From the NCBI GenBank assembly GCA_013265495.1, contig MU058198.1, forward strand, positions 5,533,779 through 5,597,778: a DNA stretch of 64,000 bases, in the 5' to 3' direction. Position 1 is the first letter of the stretch. Every line of letters starts with the position of its first letter. The DNA comes from Vicugna vicugna (Eukaryota). The position numbers and the translations under genes are program-made. Positions 1-12,434 of the stretch are shown here, one piece after another. The notes beneath the pieces are model-generated. The model was given only the letters and a program-made list of their open reading frames with translations. It made no database searches and was not told the DNA's origin.

Positions 1-1039
1 TTGGCCAGTGGGAGTAGATGGCACCGGGATGTCTGAGACAGACAGGCTGGTAGAGGCAGAAGACAAGGGGAGTGGGGTTCAGGGAGGGCTTCCCAGGGAG
101 GGAAGGGCTCTAGTTGCGGCTTGAAGGTTGAGTAGGTGTCTGAGGGGCAGACGATGAGGAGGGAGGGCAAGGTGAGATGGAGGACCACGTGAGCAGTGCT
201 GGTGGCGGGGAGAGAATGGTCCCCATTCTGAGAACAGCTCACACAACCAGGCTGTCATGTTCACACCTGGACACCAGGGGGAGACACTGGAGAGAGGCAG
301 GACCAGATGATAAAAGGTCTTCAAGAGAAGGGCCGTGGGGAGCCAGTGAAGACTTCAGAGAAGGGAGGGACATGGTCAGACTTGCGTTTGGAAAAGCTTC
401 CTCTAGCAGCAACAAGGAACGTGCATTGGAGGGAAACACAGCAGCAGGGAGAGGGCAGGGAGGCGGCCAGTGTGGCACCTGGGCCAAGACGAAGAGTGAG
501 AACTAACAGCCCACTGAGAGAGGGAGGGACCTGCCCTGCCCTCCAGTAGTTCCAGGGTGAGTGGCAGAGGCTGCCATCACCAAGAGAGAGACACACGGGA
601 GGGAGACCACATGGTGGGGGGGGGGAGACCGTGAATGTCACTGGGAATGAGTCGAAGGTGACAGTCTCTGTGCAACCTCAGAGGGGCAGGAGCACTCCAG
701 GAAGAGGTATTCATGAGACTCGTTGGCTAAAGAAAAGATACCTGGCCCGTGGGAAGGTGCCAGTGGAATCCAGAATGCTGCCGAGCGAAAACACATAGAG
801 CGAGGAGAGAAGAAACGGACGGTAACAGGGGCGGTATTTTGGGCAGTGCTGGACGCTACGTACTGAGACAGGCGCACAACGGCTGGTAACGATGCTTCCT
901 CCAGCCTCCTAGAGCCCCCTGCCCACCACCCTAGCCAGCTCACCCGGGGTGCCAAATGGTAGCTTAACATTGCGACTCTGTGAGTGTGTGCGTCCCCCCG
1001 CACACGCACGCATGCACATACACGTGGGTCTGGAGGGAC

Positions 1040-1200
1040 ACTGCTAAACGTAGGATCATATTACACATACCTTTCTGCCTTGGATACTCAACTGTGCCTC
1101 ATGGAAATCCCTCCAGTTCACCTAATGGACACTAACTGTTCATAACCGCTACACAATAAACCATGGTGTGAACGTACCATAATGTATTCAGCCATTCTTT
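1040..1200 (-). mobile_element. Old L1 (L1ME-like) 3' fragment
   Basis: Antisense L1-like text 'ccatggtgtgaacgtaccataatgtattcagccattc'; the ORF 1132..1425 tail 'WLNTLWYVHTMVY' resembles the L1 ORF2 C-terminus. Confidence 0.6.
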
Positions 1201-1599
1201 TTCAGCCCCTGATTTGGTAATGTTTGGGGGGCAATGAGCTGGGACCCAGGAGAGAAAAGAAAAAGAGACTGAAGATGCAGAAACAAGAAAGGAGGAAATG
1301 ATGAGGGGCCCCTGAGAAGGTGGAAGGGAGCCTGGAGAGGGACTTGCCATTAACAGAAGGTAAAGTGCCTGAACACAGTGGGTCAGTGCAGCTGGGATGA
1401 GCTGTGTCTTTTCCACTGTGCCCATTCATTCTGGCTCCCCCATTAGTGTATCTCCCCCAAACCCACAGCCTGGCTGAGCATCTTAGAATGACATGATCTG
1501 CTCCCTCTGCTCAATAACTCCAGGAATAAAGATGCAAACACTTTCCCACTGCCATAGGGAGCCCAGCAACTACTTCCCTCTCCAACTTCAGGCTGCATC

Positions 1600-1790
1600 A
1601 TCTCATCTTTGCTCCCCGGACTCCAGCCATTCTGACTTTCTTTCTGTTCCATAAAGGTACCATGATTCCTTCCTGCCCCGGGGACTTTGCACATGCTGTT
1701 CTTACCACGTAAAATGCTTTGCCAACCTTCACCTAATCTCTTTAGAGGGTCTTAGAGTAACTATCAAAATACTGCCTGAGATTCTCTTAA
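1600..1790 (+). mobile_element. L2 fragment
   Basis: 'ctccagccattctgactttctttctgttcc...ggactttgcacatgctgtt' is typical of the L2 3' region. Confidence 0.65.
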
Positions 1791-2241
1791 GATCATATCA
1801 TGAGGATGCCCTCATTGTGCATGGGGTTAATACATTCTGGCTGTAAGCTAAAGAAGGTAAACTAAAAACCTCCCATTTTCCTCTGTGAAAAAGACTGGAC
1901 ATGGGGAAGGAGAATTATGCAGTGGTTGAAGGTCTTCCTAGTGACAGCTGCTCTTAGTTTTAGCATTATACTTGCTTGCTTTTCTGATGTATGGATATAG
2001 AAATGTCTCTATAAATAGATTAAAGGAAAATCTGCCCATCAACAGTTTAAATAAGGAAAAGGAAGGCTGAGATTGAAAGTCACCATGGGTCCTTCACTCT
2101 CCCCTCTCCATCCCCCAGAACAGGCGATGGAGAATTCCTACCCTGCATCCTCACTCCTAAATTAGTCCCGGGGGGAAAATGTTAGGAAAGTGTTCTGCAT
2201 TATTTTCTCCAAAACTATCCTTATTACAGCCAACTCACCTC

Positions 2242-2242
<1 letters not shown>

Positions 2243-2272
<30 letters not shown>
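2243..2272. repeat. (AC)15 microsatellite
   Basis: Perfect AC run visible in the sequence. Confidence 0.97.
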
Positions 2273-2274
<2 letters not shown>

Positions 2275-2499
2275 AGAGACAGGGTAACAGCGAGCCATTA
2301 AAAACTAAAAGAAATAAAGGAAAGAGAAATTACAAAATACTCTTGCAGTCTCGATGCCTGGCGGTTTCTGATTCAGTAGGAACTGACTACTGAAAATCAT
2401 CCTGACAAGAGGTACTAGCCATCAGGTAGAAGCCCCAGTGCCACGGAGCCAAAAGCATCTGGTTGATACTGACTCATCCCTTGGACCCCAGGTCAGCAT

Positions 2500-2895
2500 C
2501 ATTTCACTGGGGAAACCCACCCCCTCACCCCCCTGCTTCAATCAGGTGCCCCACTGGACACCCTCATGTCTCCCAGAACATCTAGACAATCATAGTTCTT
2601 AATTCTGTGTCATCAGTGTGATCATGTGGTTCATTTCTGTCTCCTCTCCTCTCCCCTCCCAGCTATAAGCTCTATGAGGTCGAAGCCGTGCCGGCCTCGT
2701 TCACATCTGTATTCTCGGCTGTTTCCTATGCACCCATCTGGAACCTTTATACAGTGTGATGCTTGAGCGATTGGCTCTGCTTCAGAGGGTGCCCAGAGCT
2801 CCTTGCAGGAAGTTTATATAATATATATATACTGGGACGATACACACCACAGTCTGGGGCACAACAATATGTACTCAACATTGTGAATGAATAAA
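2500..2895 (+). mobile_element. L2 3' fragment(s)
   Basis: 'ctataagctctatgagg...tcacatctgtatt' and tail 'gtactcaacattgtgaatgaataaa'. Confidence 0.55.
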
Positions 2896-2904
2896 AAGGG
2901 ATGA

Positions 2905-2992
2905 TGGAAGGGAGGGAAGAAGGGGGAGAGGGAGGGAGGGAGGGAAAGAAGGAAGAAAGAAAGGAAGGAAAGAAGGAAGGAAGAAAGAGAGG
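2905..2992. repeat. Purine-only (GGAA/GGGA)n low-complexity tract
   Basis: Run of gagg/gaag/gaaa units. Confidence 0.9.
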
Positions 2993-3754
2993 AATTCATG
3001 AAAATTTCTGTCCCAAGGGGCACCCTGTCTTTATCATTCATGCCCCAGGTTTGCAGTCAAAACTTGGCTACTTTGACCACTGCATGCTGGCAGTTGCTGA
3101 GAGCTTTAAAGACTTGAATACCTAAGCTTCACCCCCCAAAACCCTGATTCAACAGCTGAGGTTGAGGCCTGGGCCTGGAGCATCCCCAGGCACATCCAGA
3201 GGCCCCCAGGGTGGCTCTCAGGGGTGCACGTACCGCCAGGACAGGGGCGGCTGCTGCCCTGGGGGATGAGTTAGTTCCGTGCTCCAGGCACACACCCAGA
3301 AGGGAGAACCAAAGCCTGGAGGTGAGGAGTTTCCTCTCGTTCTCATGGCCCTGAAAATTACAGCTTAGTGAAAATAACCCGAGATAGGAGTCGGAGGCTT
3401 GAAAACCGGGCTAGGAACCAAACCCGTCCGTGTCTGGTCTTCTTACCTGAGAAATGGACAGCAGATTTCTTTCTCTCCTTCCTAAATCCCACCCAGCACA
3501 CTCACCACTCTCCTTTGCTCGTCGGACCAGCTGCGTCTCTAGCAAGCCCAAGTAAGATCTCCCAAAGGCCTTCTGCCCCACTCGACTCCATAGGGCTTTG
3601 AGGGACTCAGCACATGGTGGTACTAGTTGTTGCCCTGGGCCATCTCCTCCTCCTCCTCTAGCTCTTTCCATGGTCAGGGCAGGGGAGAAAAGATGAGATG
3701 GATATTCCTCAGACCCTCTAGGTATATTACCTATTTCATCCTCTTCCAGGTATA

Positions 3755-4085
3755 AGCCTTTATCTACCCATTTTACAGATTTAAGAAACTGAGGTTTAGA
3801 TATTTTGACTTGCTTAGAATTGCCCAGCCCAGAAATGGGGGACCAACAGGCTTGGACCATGCTGACTCAGAATTACATGAGACATTCTATGAGTCCACAC
3901 GACCTCCAGAGATCGAGATGACACCCCCCTTGCCCCTCCTCCAGGCCCAGGCCTTGGCCCACAGCGGGCCAGACAGAGCTGGCTTGAGGGTCAGACAGAG
4001 CTGAGTTCGAATGCCAGCTCTGTCACTTGCAAGCATGCTGACCCTGTGCAAGTACACTCACATTTCTGACAATTCTGAGCAAGTT
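3755..4085. mobile_element. Two MIR fragments in opposite orientation
   Basis: 'cccattttacagat...aaactgaggttt' (minus) and 'cagacagagctgagttcgaatgccagctctgtcacttgc' (plus). Confidence 0.7.
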
Positions 4086-4439
4086 TTTCTGAAAAAAAGA
4101 AACAAAAAGAGCTTTTTTTAAACTGCAAAAAAAAAAAAGCACAGGAAGAGTGTTATAATAAAAATACCGATCTCATTACTATGTCGTGGAAAGTAAAGTG
4201 AATTTTTAAAAATAAATTAGGTCAGTATTCCCAGGCTTGCCATTATACTTTTAATAAATTCCAAACTTGGCAGCACAGCCCACATGTCCCCGCACCAGGG
4301 GCCCCTACCCACCCCCTGAGCTCACTTCCCACCAGGCTCCCTTCACACCCTCCTTTCTCTTTCCCACTCCCACCAGCCTTTGCACCAGCTGATCCCCCAC
4401 TCCAGCCCAGGATGTTCTCCCTGCAGACCTTTCTCTGTC

Positions 4440-4750
4440 TGGCTCCCACACATCATTCATATCTCAGCTCAAATGTCACCTCTTCAGGGAAGCCCTCCCT
4501 CACCACCTCTCAACTCTGCCTCACATACACACCATCCTCTTTCTCACACTGATTTATTTCCTCCAGGATCTCTGTTGCTACCTAAAACTCTCTTGCTTAT
4601 AGATTTATGTAGACACTCGGTTATTATTCTTTCTCTTTTGGAAGATAAAGCTGGGGCCTCCCCCGTCTTGTTCAGCATCTCATCCTCGGCGCCTAGAACA
4701 ATGTCTGACCTGTAGTAGGTGTTCAATAAGTATTCGTGGAAAGAATGCTT
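4440..4750 (+). mobile_element. L2 3' end
   Basis: 'tctcagctcaaatgtcacctcttcagggaagcc...gcctagaacaatgtctgacctgtagtaggtgttcaataagtattcg'. Confidence 0.85.
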
Positions 4751-4854
4751 GAGATGAGATGAAGTACGTTGAATGCTTGACATAGAACAAGCTCTCAGCC
4801 TAAGACAAGCCCAGGTTGGCCAGAGGATGCTCTGGTCCTTCCTGACTGTCCTGC

Positions 4855-5010
4855 CACAGGGTCTGGGGTTCTGTTGTTGCATCACGAGTGTAGCCATAGA
4901 CAAAACATAAATGAGTGGGCATGGCTGTGTCCCGATAAAGCTTTATTTTTAAAAAAAGTGGGCTGTGGGCTGGATTAGGCCCACAGGTCCTAGTCTGCTG
5001 GTTCCTGGTC
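4855..5010 (+). mobile_element. MER58A-like hAT-Charlie MITE
   Basis: 'gccatagacaaaacataaatgagtgggcatggctgtgtcccgataaagctttatt...gggctggattaggcccacagg'. Confidence 0.8.
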
Positions 5011-5279
5011 TAGGGGAGTCCCCCTCTGGAGTACCTCTTGGAAAACATGCCAGTTACAGTCCAGGAACCAGCATTTACATCTTGGTGGCTGCATCTTGGT
5101 CAAGGCACTGGAAGTAGCCTGCATCAGCAGGACCCTGGGCAAGAATTTCAGCAGAGGTACAGGCCATAAACTTTATTATTCAGCGGGATGTTGGCCCCGA
5201 ACCTGGCTTTCTGCTGATTTTTCCAAGAGCAGTAGAGGTGGGCCCAGGGCTGCGATCACTGATGCGTCAGGGAAAGGGA

Positions 5280-5510
5280 GACTGCACGTTTAATTAAATG
5301 TTATTCAAGAAATAAAATTCAGGCCCTCAGCTGACAACGCAGAATATTAAAGCATCAATTTCCTGAAGGAAACCTGCCTTAATGAGATTCTCCAAATAAA
5401 TGGAAGGGGGAAAAAAACATATTAATCCCAGCTGCTAATGTCAGCCCCATCAACCCAGAGCAATGTCTTGATCAACAAAAGCTGATTAATATTGGTTTAT
5501 TGAGCAAAGA
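5280..5510. promoter_or_regulatory. Candidate enhancer (CNE-like, homeodomain-rich)
   Basis: Unique AT-rich island with TTAATTAA 5290-5297, CAGCTGACA 5328-5336 and TGATTAAT 5483-5490. Confidence 0.45.
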
Positions 5511-6080
5511 AGGTGTGGAAGGCTAAGTCCTCTGGATTCCAGGGGCAACCAGACCCCTGGAAAGAAGCTCCTTTCTTCTCAAAAGCCCCTAGAATGAGGA
5601 GAAGCTACACAAGTCACACCCACCCTCATGGACAAAGGTGCTAATAATTGATCGGAGCGAAATTGGGAGGTCTGGAGTGGAGGGTCCCAGTGCTCTGGGC
5701 TTGGTCCTGTCCCAGGCAACCTTTTCATTAGTGACCTGGAAAGGTACAAGGGGAGATAATGACCTCATCTGTTGAAGAAGTTGAAGCTAGAGTTCAATTC
5801 GTTTACGTAAGACACCTTCAATCCTCGGAACAAAACAGATGGCCGTTCCTCTCCCCGTCTAGGCCTTCCATCCCCTCTTTGCTCCAGGAACTGCTGTGAA
5901 CAAGATCTGTTCACTCCACTGAGCACCTTCTTCATGGCTTTTGCCCTTCTTTCCCCTCCCTGTTCCATTATGAACAATATATTATCTCTAATTTGACTCA
6001 CTCATTATCTCAAATAAATATTTTTTTAAAGGACACTTGGGATCACCACTGCAAATGAAAAACTGGTATAACTTGCCACC

Positions 6081-6350
6081 AGCCAAAAGTAGCCATAAAT
6101 ATGATGAAAACTAACATTGTTCTTGTGGCTCAATAGCATTCCCAGATAAAATCTGAAATTCACTCTCTTTGTTAATCAAAGAGATGCCCCAAAGTTAGAG
6201 AGGTGTTAACAGCATAAAGCCAAAAGTAGCCATAAATATGAAAACTAACATTGTTCTTGTGGCTCAATAGCATTCCCAGATAAAATCTGAAATTCACTCT
6301 CTTTGTTAATCAAAGAGATGCCCCAAAGTTAGAGAGGTGTTAACAGCATA
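6081..6350. repeat. Direct tandem duplication (136 bp + 133 bp)
   Basis: 6081-6216 and 6218-6350 are identical except for a 3-bp ATG indel. Confidence 0.97.
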
Positions 6351-7704
6351 CAAGAGCCATCTGAGACTTCCATATTACCCTCAGCTGTTCAGTGACACTT
6401 AACGTCGTGTCTCGGCACCGTGGCCTATGTGACCTATGCCCTCGGACAGCCTGAATCTGTTTCTGTTGCTTGCACTCAGGGTCCTCTAACTGATACACAG
6501 GCTCCTGATGATCAGCTCTCCCCATACCCCTGGACTGACCACTTCTGCTTGCAAACACTATAGACAAGCTTCATCCTGTGACAAGAAATAAAACAAGGTT
6601 CAGTTTCCAGCACAGCCACTTAACAGTAAGAGGCGGCTAAGGTCTCTCTTACTTCCAAGTCAAACTGGCCAGGGAGCCAGGGTAGGGCTGAGCGCTTTCT
6701 GAATCACCGGGTCCTCTCTCCCTAGATGCAGTGGCTGGCACACCATGAGCATCAGTTCTATGGGTGCAGGATGATGACTGACTGAATGCAGCGATGCACT
6801 CCTCTATGGCACAGCCAAAGACGCCTGCTGGTGTTTGGGAAGAAAGTCTCTGTGTATGTATTTTCCCATCTAATTCTGTACCTAGAGACTGGAAACGTTT
6901 CCCAGAATGACTGGAGAAAATGTCAGTCTTCATTATGGGGGGGATGGATCTGCTTTGGGGAAGTTTGATTGAATGTCCAAGAGTCACGATCTGTCTTCAT
7001 TGAATACTAAATATAAATATGAAGAATCAGAAAAGACAGCCAGATTGTGAAAAATCTCCCAAATTTATCTTTGTGGTGCTGTTAAATCCATTTCTGATTA
7101 AAATAATTCATCACTTATCTATAGCAAGCAATACTGGTTGGTTATCCATATGTGACTCTGTCTTAGAAACAGGCACCAACTTCAAGTGATTTTTAATAAA
7201 AATACATTATTTTTAGCCAGCAATTTGGTTCCCAGGGCTGCTTGCTGATAGAGGGAAGGGAACTGTTCTATGAGTCAGTGAAGGTTTTCCAGAAAATAAA
7301 TTAAGGAGAAAACAAGAGAGACAGCTAGTTCCCCATCCGAGACAAATTCATGGTGCTTACCTCTGCCTCCCTCAGGTTGCATTTTTCTTAGTTTTTGGTG
7401 GGGGATGGGGCTGGGTGTGACTGTGGTTTTGTTTTTCATTAAGTCAATCGGGTGTCTCCGGAGAACTCTTGCAGCTTCCTTGAAAGTGTGAAAGTTTTTT
7501 CTCCTTGAAAGGAGAAAAATTTGAGAGATGGCTCAGAATATGCCCACATTCAAAAGATCTTTGGGATGACATTCAAGACCCCTCACAACCTAATCTGTTG
7601 CCCAGGTCCCCCAGAGCTGTACTTCAGCTGAGTTCAAATCTCTTCTTTCTGCAGAAGAGTAGGCATGTTCTCCGTGACATTAAAGCGGAAGATAAGAAAA
7701 CTGA

Positions 7705-7920
7705 TTCATATATGCTTGCGTTTGTATAAAGCTAGTCTGGAAGGAACTTTAGGAGACCAAAGAGAGTGGTTACATGTGGGGGGTGGGGTGGGGCAGGGAG
7801 GAGGGTGGGAAGTGGACAGGTGGATGTTGGGATGGGGAGAGAGGGTTATATTCACATATACCTCTTTTTGCCCCTTGAATTTGAACTATGGGAATGTGTC
7901 ACCCATTCAGAAATAAAAGG
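7705..7920 (+). mobile_element. Old L1 (L1ME-like) 3' UTR with G-rich tract
   Basis: 'gtggttac' + G-rich tract + 'ttgaatttgaactatgggaatgtgtcacccattcagaaataaaa'. Confidence 0.6.
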
Positions 7921-8029
7921 GAGGGAAGGAGGACAGGAGAGAGAGAGAGGGAGGAATTCTCATGATTCCAGGAACACATTTCCAGGCCTTTGCACTCGTG
8001 ATTCCCTGGATGACTTGCCGGACTTCACA

Positions 8030-8570
8030 CCCACGCACATCCTTCCCTATTTTACCAGAGAACTCCTGTGGATGCTTCAGAACCCAATGCACATGCCACC
8101 TCCTTTGTGAATATATTACCTAAGAAGAGTCTCTCTGTGCTTCAAAGCACCCTGGTCAGAATATATGCTCTCCAGGGGCAGGACTAGAGATGCCTTATTC
8201 TCTGCTGCAGCACCAGCCCTGATTATGGTGCCCAGCACATTGCAGGTGCTTAATAAGTATCTGTTGAGACGCAGAAAGCCAACTTATGGTTCCTGAGGGG
8301 TGGGGATGAGGTGGGTGGAGGGATAAACTGGGAGTTCAGGATTTGCAGATATAACTACTACCTATAAAACAGATAAACAACAAGGTTCTACTATATAGTA
8401 CAGGGAACTCTATTCAATACCTTGTAATAACCTATAATGAAAAAGAATATGAAAAGGAATACACACACATATATATGTATAACTGAATCACTATGCTGTA
8501 CACCAGAAATTAACAACATTGTCAACCGGCTATACGTCAAAAAAAAAAAATCTGTTGAATGAACGAGGAG
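8030..8570 (+). mobile_element. L2 3' end split by an L1 insertion
   Basis: L2 tail 'gtgcccagcacattgcaggtgcttaataagtatctgttga' resumes as 'tctgttgaatgaacga' after the insert. Confidence 0.75.
8268..8549 (+). mobile_element. 5'-truncated cetartiodactyl-type L1 3' UTR with poly(A)
   Basis: 'gggataaactgggagttcaggatttgcagatataactacta...gtataactgaatcactatgctgtacaccagaaattaac'; A-tail; TSD atctgttga at 8259-8267 and 8550-8558. Confidence 0.9.
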
Positions 8571-8614
8571 ACATAAGGAGGCTGCTTAACACAGTGGTTA
8601 AGAGTATGAATGTT

Positions 8615-9144
8615 CATAGCAGCACTATTTACAATAGCCAAGACATGGAAACAGCCTAAATGTCCATCAACAGATGATTGGATATATTTATACAATGAAA
8701 TACTATTCAGCCATGAAAACTGACAACATAACACCATTTGCAGCAACATGGATGTCCCTGGAGAATGTCATTCTAAGTGAAGTAAGCCAGAAAGAGAAAG
8801 AAAAATACCATATGAAATGGCTTATATGTGGAATCAAAAAAAAAAGAATAAAAACATAAATACAAAACAGAAACAGACTCATAGACATAGAATACAAACT
8901 TGTGGTTGCCAAGGGGGCAGGGGTGGGAAAGGGACAGACTGGGATTTCAAAATGTAGAATAGATAAACAGGATTATACTGTATAGTGCAGGGAAATATAT
9001 ACAAGATCTTCTGGTAGCTCACAGCAAAAAAAATGTGACGATGAATATATATATATTCATGTATAACTGAAAAATTGTGCTCTACACTGGAATTTGACAC
9101 AACATTGTAAAATGACTATAACTCAATAAAAAATGTTAAAAAAA
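8615..9144 (+). mobile_element. Young camelid-type L1, 5'-truncated (ORF2 C-terminus + 3' UTR), inserted in a MIR
   Basis: ORF 8674..8859 'YTMKYYSAMK...PFAATWMSLENVILSEVSQ' matches the L1 ORF2 end; AATAAA + A-tail; 15-bp TSD 8600-8614 / 9145-9159 (2 mismatches). Confidence 0.95.
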
Positions 9145-10699
9145 AAGAATACGAATGTTGATATTAGGCAGACCTGATTGATAGGGAAGGTGTGACCTTG
9201 GAAATGTGAACTAACCTCTCTGAGATTCAACTTCTCTCCCCAGGGGTGAGGCAAAGGTTCACTAAGGTAGTTCATGTGCAATGAACATGCAGTGCTAGCA
9301 ATATTATTCTGATTGTATTTGCAGTGTTAGCTGTCACATTGTATGACAATCGCCTGCCACACTTCTGCCTCCACCTCCAGGCTGGAGTTTCTCGAGGGTA
9401 GGGACTTTGCTCCAGCTCTGTCACATTTCTGCAGTGCCAGCCCTAGGCTAGAAGGCAGCCAGCAGGCAGTTCTCAGAAGGGTTTGTTGACTGACTTTAAA
9501 AGGGAGCAAAGGAATGAGGAGCCTTCTGCCAAAGGGGAAGGAGGGGAACAGATGGCAGGTAGGACTCACTCTTGCTGATAACTGGGATCCCAGAAACACA
9601 GAGCATCCCAGAGCTGGAAGAGAACAGAAGCCGGATGTCAGCCCTGCAGCCATCTCATAACGGGGATTCAAAATGAGTTGAGAGCTGGAGCCTGAGCTCC
9701 GCCACCCTTCAGTTGGAGCCCTGCTGAGCCAGCCCTCACCCACTCACCTCCTCCTGCAGGGAGGGCGCCTCAACCCTCTCTTCACCAGCCCCCTTGCCCG
9801 GCAGCCCTCTTCTGGTGTGGCTCTCCCCCGAGGGCCACCTGCTCCAGCCCCGGCATGTGCAGCCTACTTACCCTCTTTGCCCATCCCCCTGGGAACTGGT
9901 CCACTTCCCTGCACTGACCTTCAATCTTTTACAAACCATGGGTAGCTCCTGTTGGTCAAGCCCATACCCAGTACTTGGCAGGTGTTTCCCCACTTCGCAG
10001 AGGGGAAAGGGTCAAAGAGGTTCGATGACTTTCTCACAATTGTACAACTATTAAGAGGCCAAAGGCAGGACTTCATCATAGGTCTGTCTGATTCTAAGAC
10101 AAGGGCTCCTAACTGCACCCCAGGTCGCCTTCCCCTGTGAGACCCGCAGAGGAGGCTCGCTGAGTATGCCACCTGGTCCACCCTACTAGCTCCTTCAGAC
10201 TGCCTGTTCCAACTGGGAATGCGGCATCTCAGGCAAGGCATCTCCAAAGACCTCTTTGAATACTTTCCCAGATGGGGAGCTCACTCCCTCCCTGCCTCTT
10301 TCCCTCTGGTTTCCTTTCCCTGAGCTGATGGGCAAGCTGATGCTCTTTGGAGACTCCCAGAAGAGGAGGAGGGTCTCTGCTGCCCTCGCCCTGCCTCCCA
10401 CCTCCCAGAGTTCAGCCTGAACCCACCTCAGAGGGAAGCCTCAATTCTTCTTGCCCTGGGCACAGTGCGGGGCATACAATAGATACTTAAGATAGCTGTC
10501 TCTGAGTTTTGCCTGGGCAACTGGTGCCCCGAGGGAGGGACCCTCCCCTTCGTCTAGGCTGTATCTGACACACCTGGCTATTCCTTCCAACAACTGTGGT
10601 GGTGCCATCACAACGTACCTTGGGTAGTTAGGATGGTAGGCTGCTCTTTGGATGAAAGTGTATTAATCAACCCGAGTGTTTGAATCCAGCTTCCATTTA

Positions 10700-11420
10700 C
10701 TGCATTCACTCTGTCTGTCATTAAATATTCACTGTGAATGTACCGCGCTGGGCACCAAAAACCCAGACGTAAATCAGACAGTCCCTGAGCTCAGAGAGTT
10801 TCCCAGGGAATCAGGGTGGTAGAAATGGAAACAGAGGCAAAGATGCAACATGGAGAGGAGAACTGATGACACTATAATTAACACTTTGTGTCATTCTTAA
10901 CGCTCCCCCCTTGCCCTGCGGACTGGGTGTTCCTGGACAGACCATACCTGCCTTGTCGATCACTGCTTTTCCTTGAGCAGAGCCAGTGCTCAGTGGGAGC
11001 TCACTGCTGATCTGGCGAGTGAACGAATGAACAAACGAACAAACGACTCAATGAATCCATGTCCTAGAGGTTTACACAATGCGTTGCTGGAACATAGCAG
11101 GCAGACACCAACTCCTTGGAAGGAGAGGGCTGAATAAGGAGTTTAACTTCATGGCTCATGTGCCGGTGGGGGTGGGAATTGGTGAGGTGAGGAAACTGCA
11201 ACTAAGCAGAAGATGCTGACCGGATGAAGGCAAAGAGATACAGAAAAGTCTGAAAGGTTTGGGGAGCTACAAGTGTCTCAGTGTGACTACAGAAAGCACT
11301 TCAGCGCTGTGCAAACACACTCCTAATTATCTGAATTTTGAGCACAGCATTGAGTCTGAAATAGAAGCAGTTGTGGCCTGTGGTTTACATGTGGGAAAGG
11401 GGAGGAGCTGTGTCCACACC
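10700..11420 (-). mobile_element. L2 fragments (includes a nested plus-strand L2 tail near 10900-11055)
   Basis: 'cattcactc...gtccctgagctcagagagttt' and 'gaacgaatgaacaaacgaac' L2 tail motifs. Confidence 0.55.
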
Positions 11421-11934
11421 CGTCGGGACCAAAATCCCCTCCTAATCCTTCTCCTTCTGTCCAGCCTGGGTTCCCGGACCTGCAGACGTGACCTTGAGCA
11501 TCTGGCTCCCGTGGGATGGAGACCGTCGGTGCCTCCCAGGCAGACAGGCACGTGCTGAAATTCACAGCACACTCTCCAGCGACTGGGCAAGTGACGCGCC
11601 CTTTCCTGGGTCTGACAGATCCCTGGGCTGCTCATCGACCAGTGTGCCTACCCCTACGCAGCATGATTAGCCAGGGCACGGTGACAGCCAGCTGACATTA
11701 ATTATCTGTGAGTTAGAGGCATCTCAGAGCACAGACAGGGCTGTCAGCAGAGCAAGGCAGTGTCATGACAGCTCCTGAGCTTTGCAGCTGGGACAGGGGC
11801 CTTCAGGGTCAAGGAGGGGTGGGCGAGGCCAGCAGCCCTTCCCAGCAGTCTCCAGGGTTGTCCAACAACAACCTTTGGGTTAATTCGCGAGAAGATCAGG
11901 CTCTCGGTGCTGAGCAATGCGGTACCCCTCGCCC

Positions 11935-12420
11935 TGCCCCAGCACCCCATCCATCACCTCATCCTGGCAGTCCTGCCTCCTAACTAGTTCTCTCATCTCT
12001 CCACATCCTTGCATTTCACCGATGCCAGCCTGGTCCCTCAGCATCGCAATTTCCTCCTATCTTGTCCTTCTCTCTACTCAGGCCCCGTCTCTGCACACAG
12101 CAGCCAGAGCGGACCTTCAAAGTCCAAGTCAGACCTGCCACTGCTCCGCTCAGAGCCCACCATCCTCTGCAAACCCAGCACGTGACCCTGCTGGACCCTG
12201 CAGCTTCACCTCCCCCGCAGCCCTCTGCTCCCCAGTCACAGTCACTTTCAATCGCTTTTCTAACTGCTCCGTTTGCCAGGTGACTTTTGCACATGATGTT
12301 CCCTCTGAGTGGAAGGCTCTTCCCTCTTCCCCGCCAAGTCCTTGGGTTCCATAACTCTCATATCATGTGTCCTTTCCCCCACAAAGTTACCCTCAACCCC
12401 AAACCATGGCAGGCTCCTCT
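11935..12420 (+). mobile_element. L2 fragment
   Basis: 'ctgcacacagcagccagagcggaccttcaa...ttttgcacatgatgttccctctgagtggaaggctcttccc'. Confidence 0.75.
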
Positions 12421-12434
12421 GTCTCACCAGGAGG

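Noticed and set aside
6081..6350. CRISPR-like or satellite array (also 45278-45367)
   Set aside because: Only two copies, no spacers, mammalian context
8674..8859. ORF with real protein similarity
   Set aside because: It is the L1 ORF2 C-terminal remnant, not a host gene; the same applies to the ORFs at 25774, 26176, 34483 and 62038
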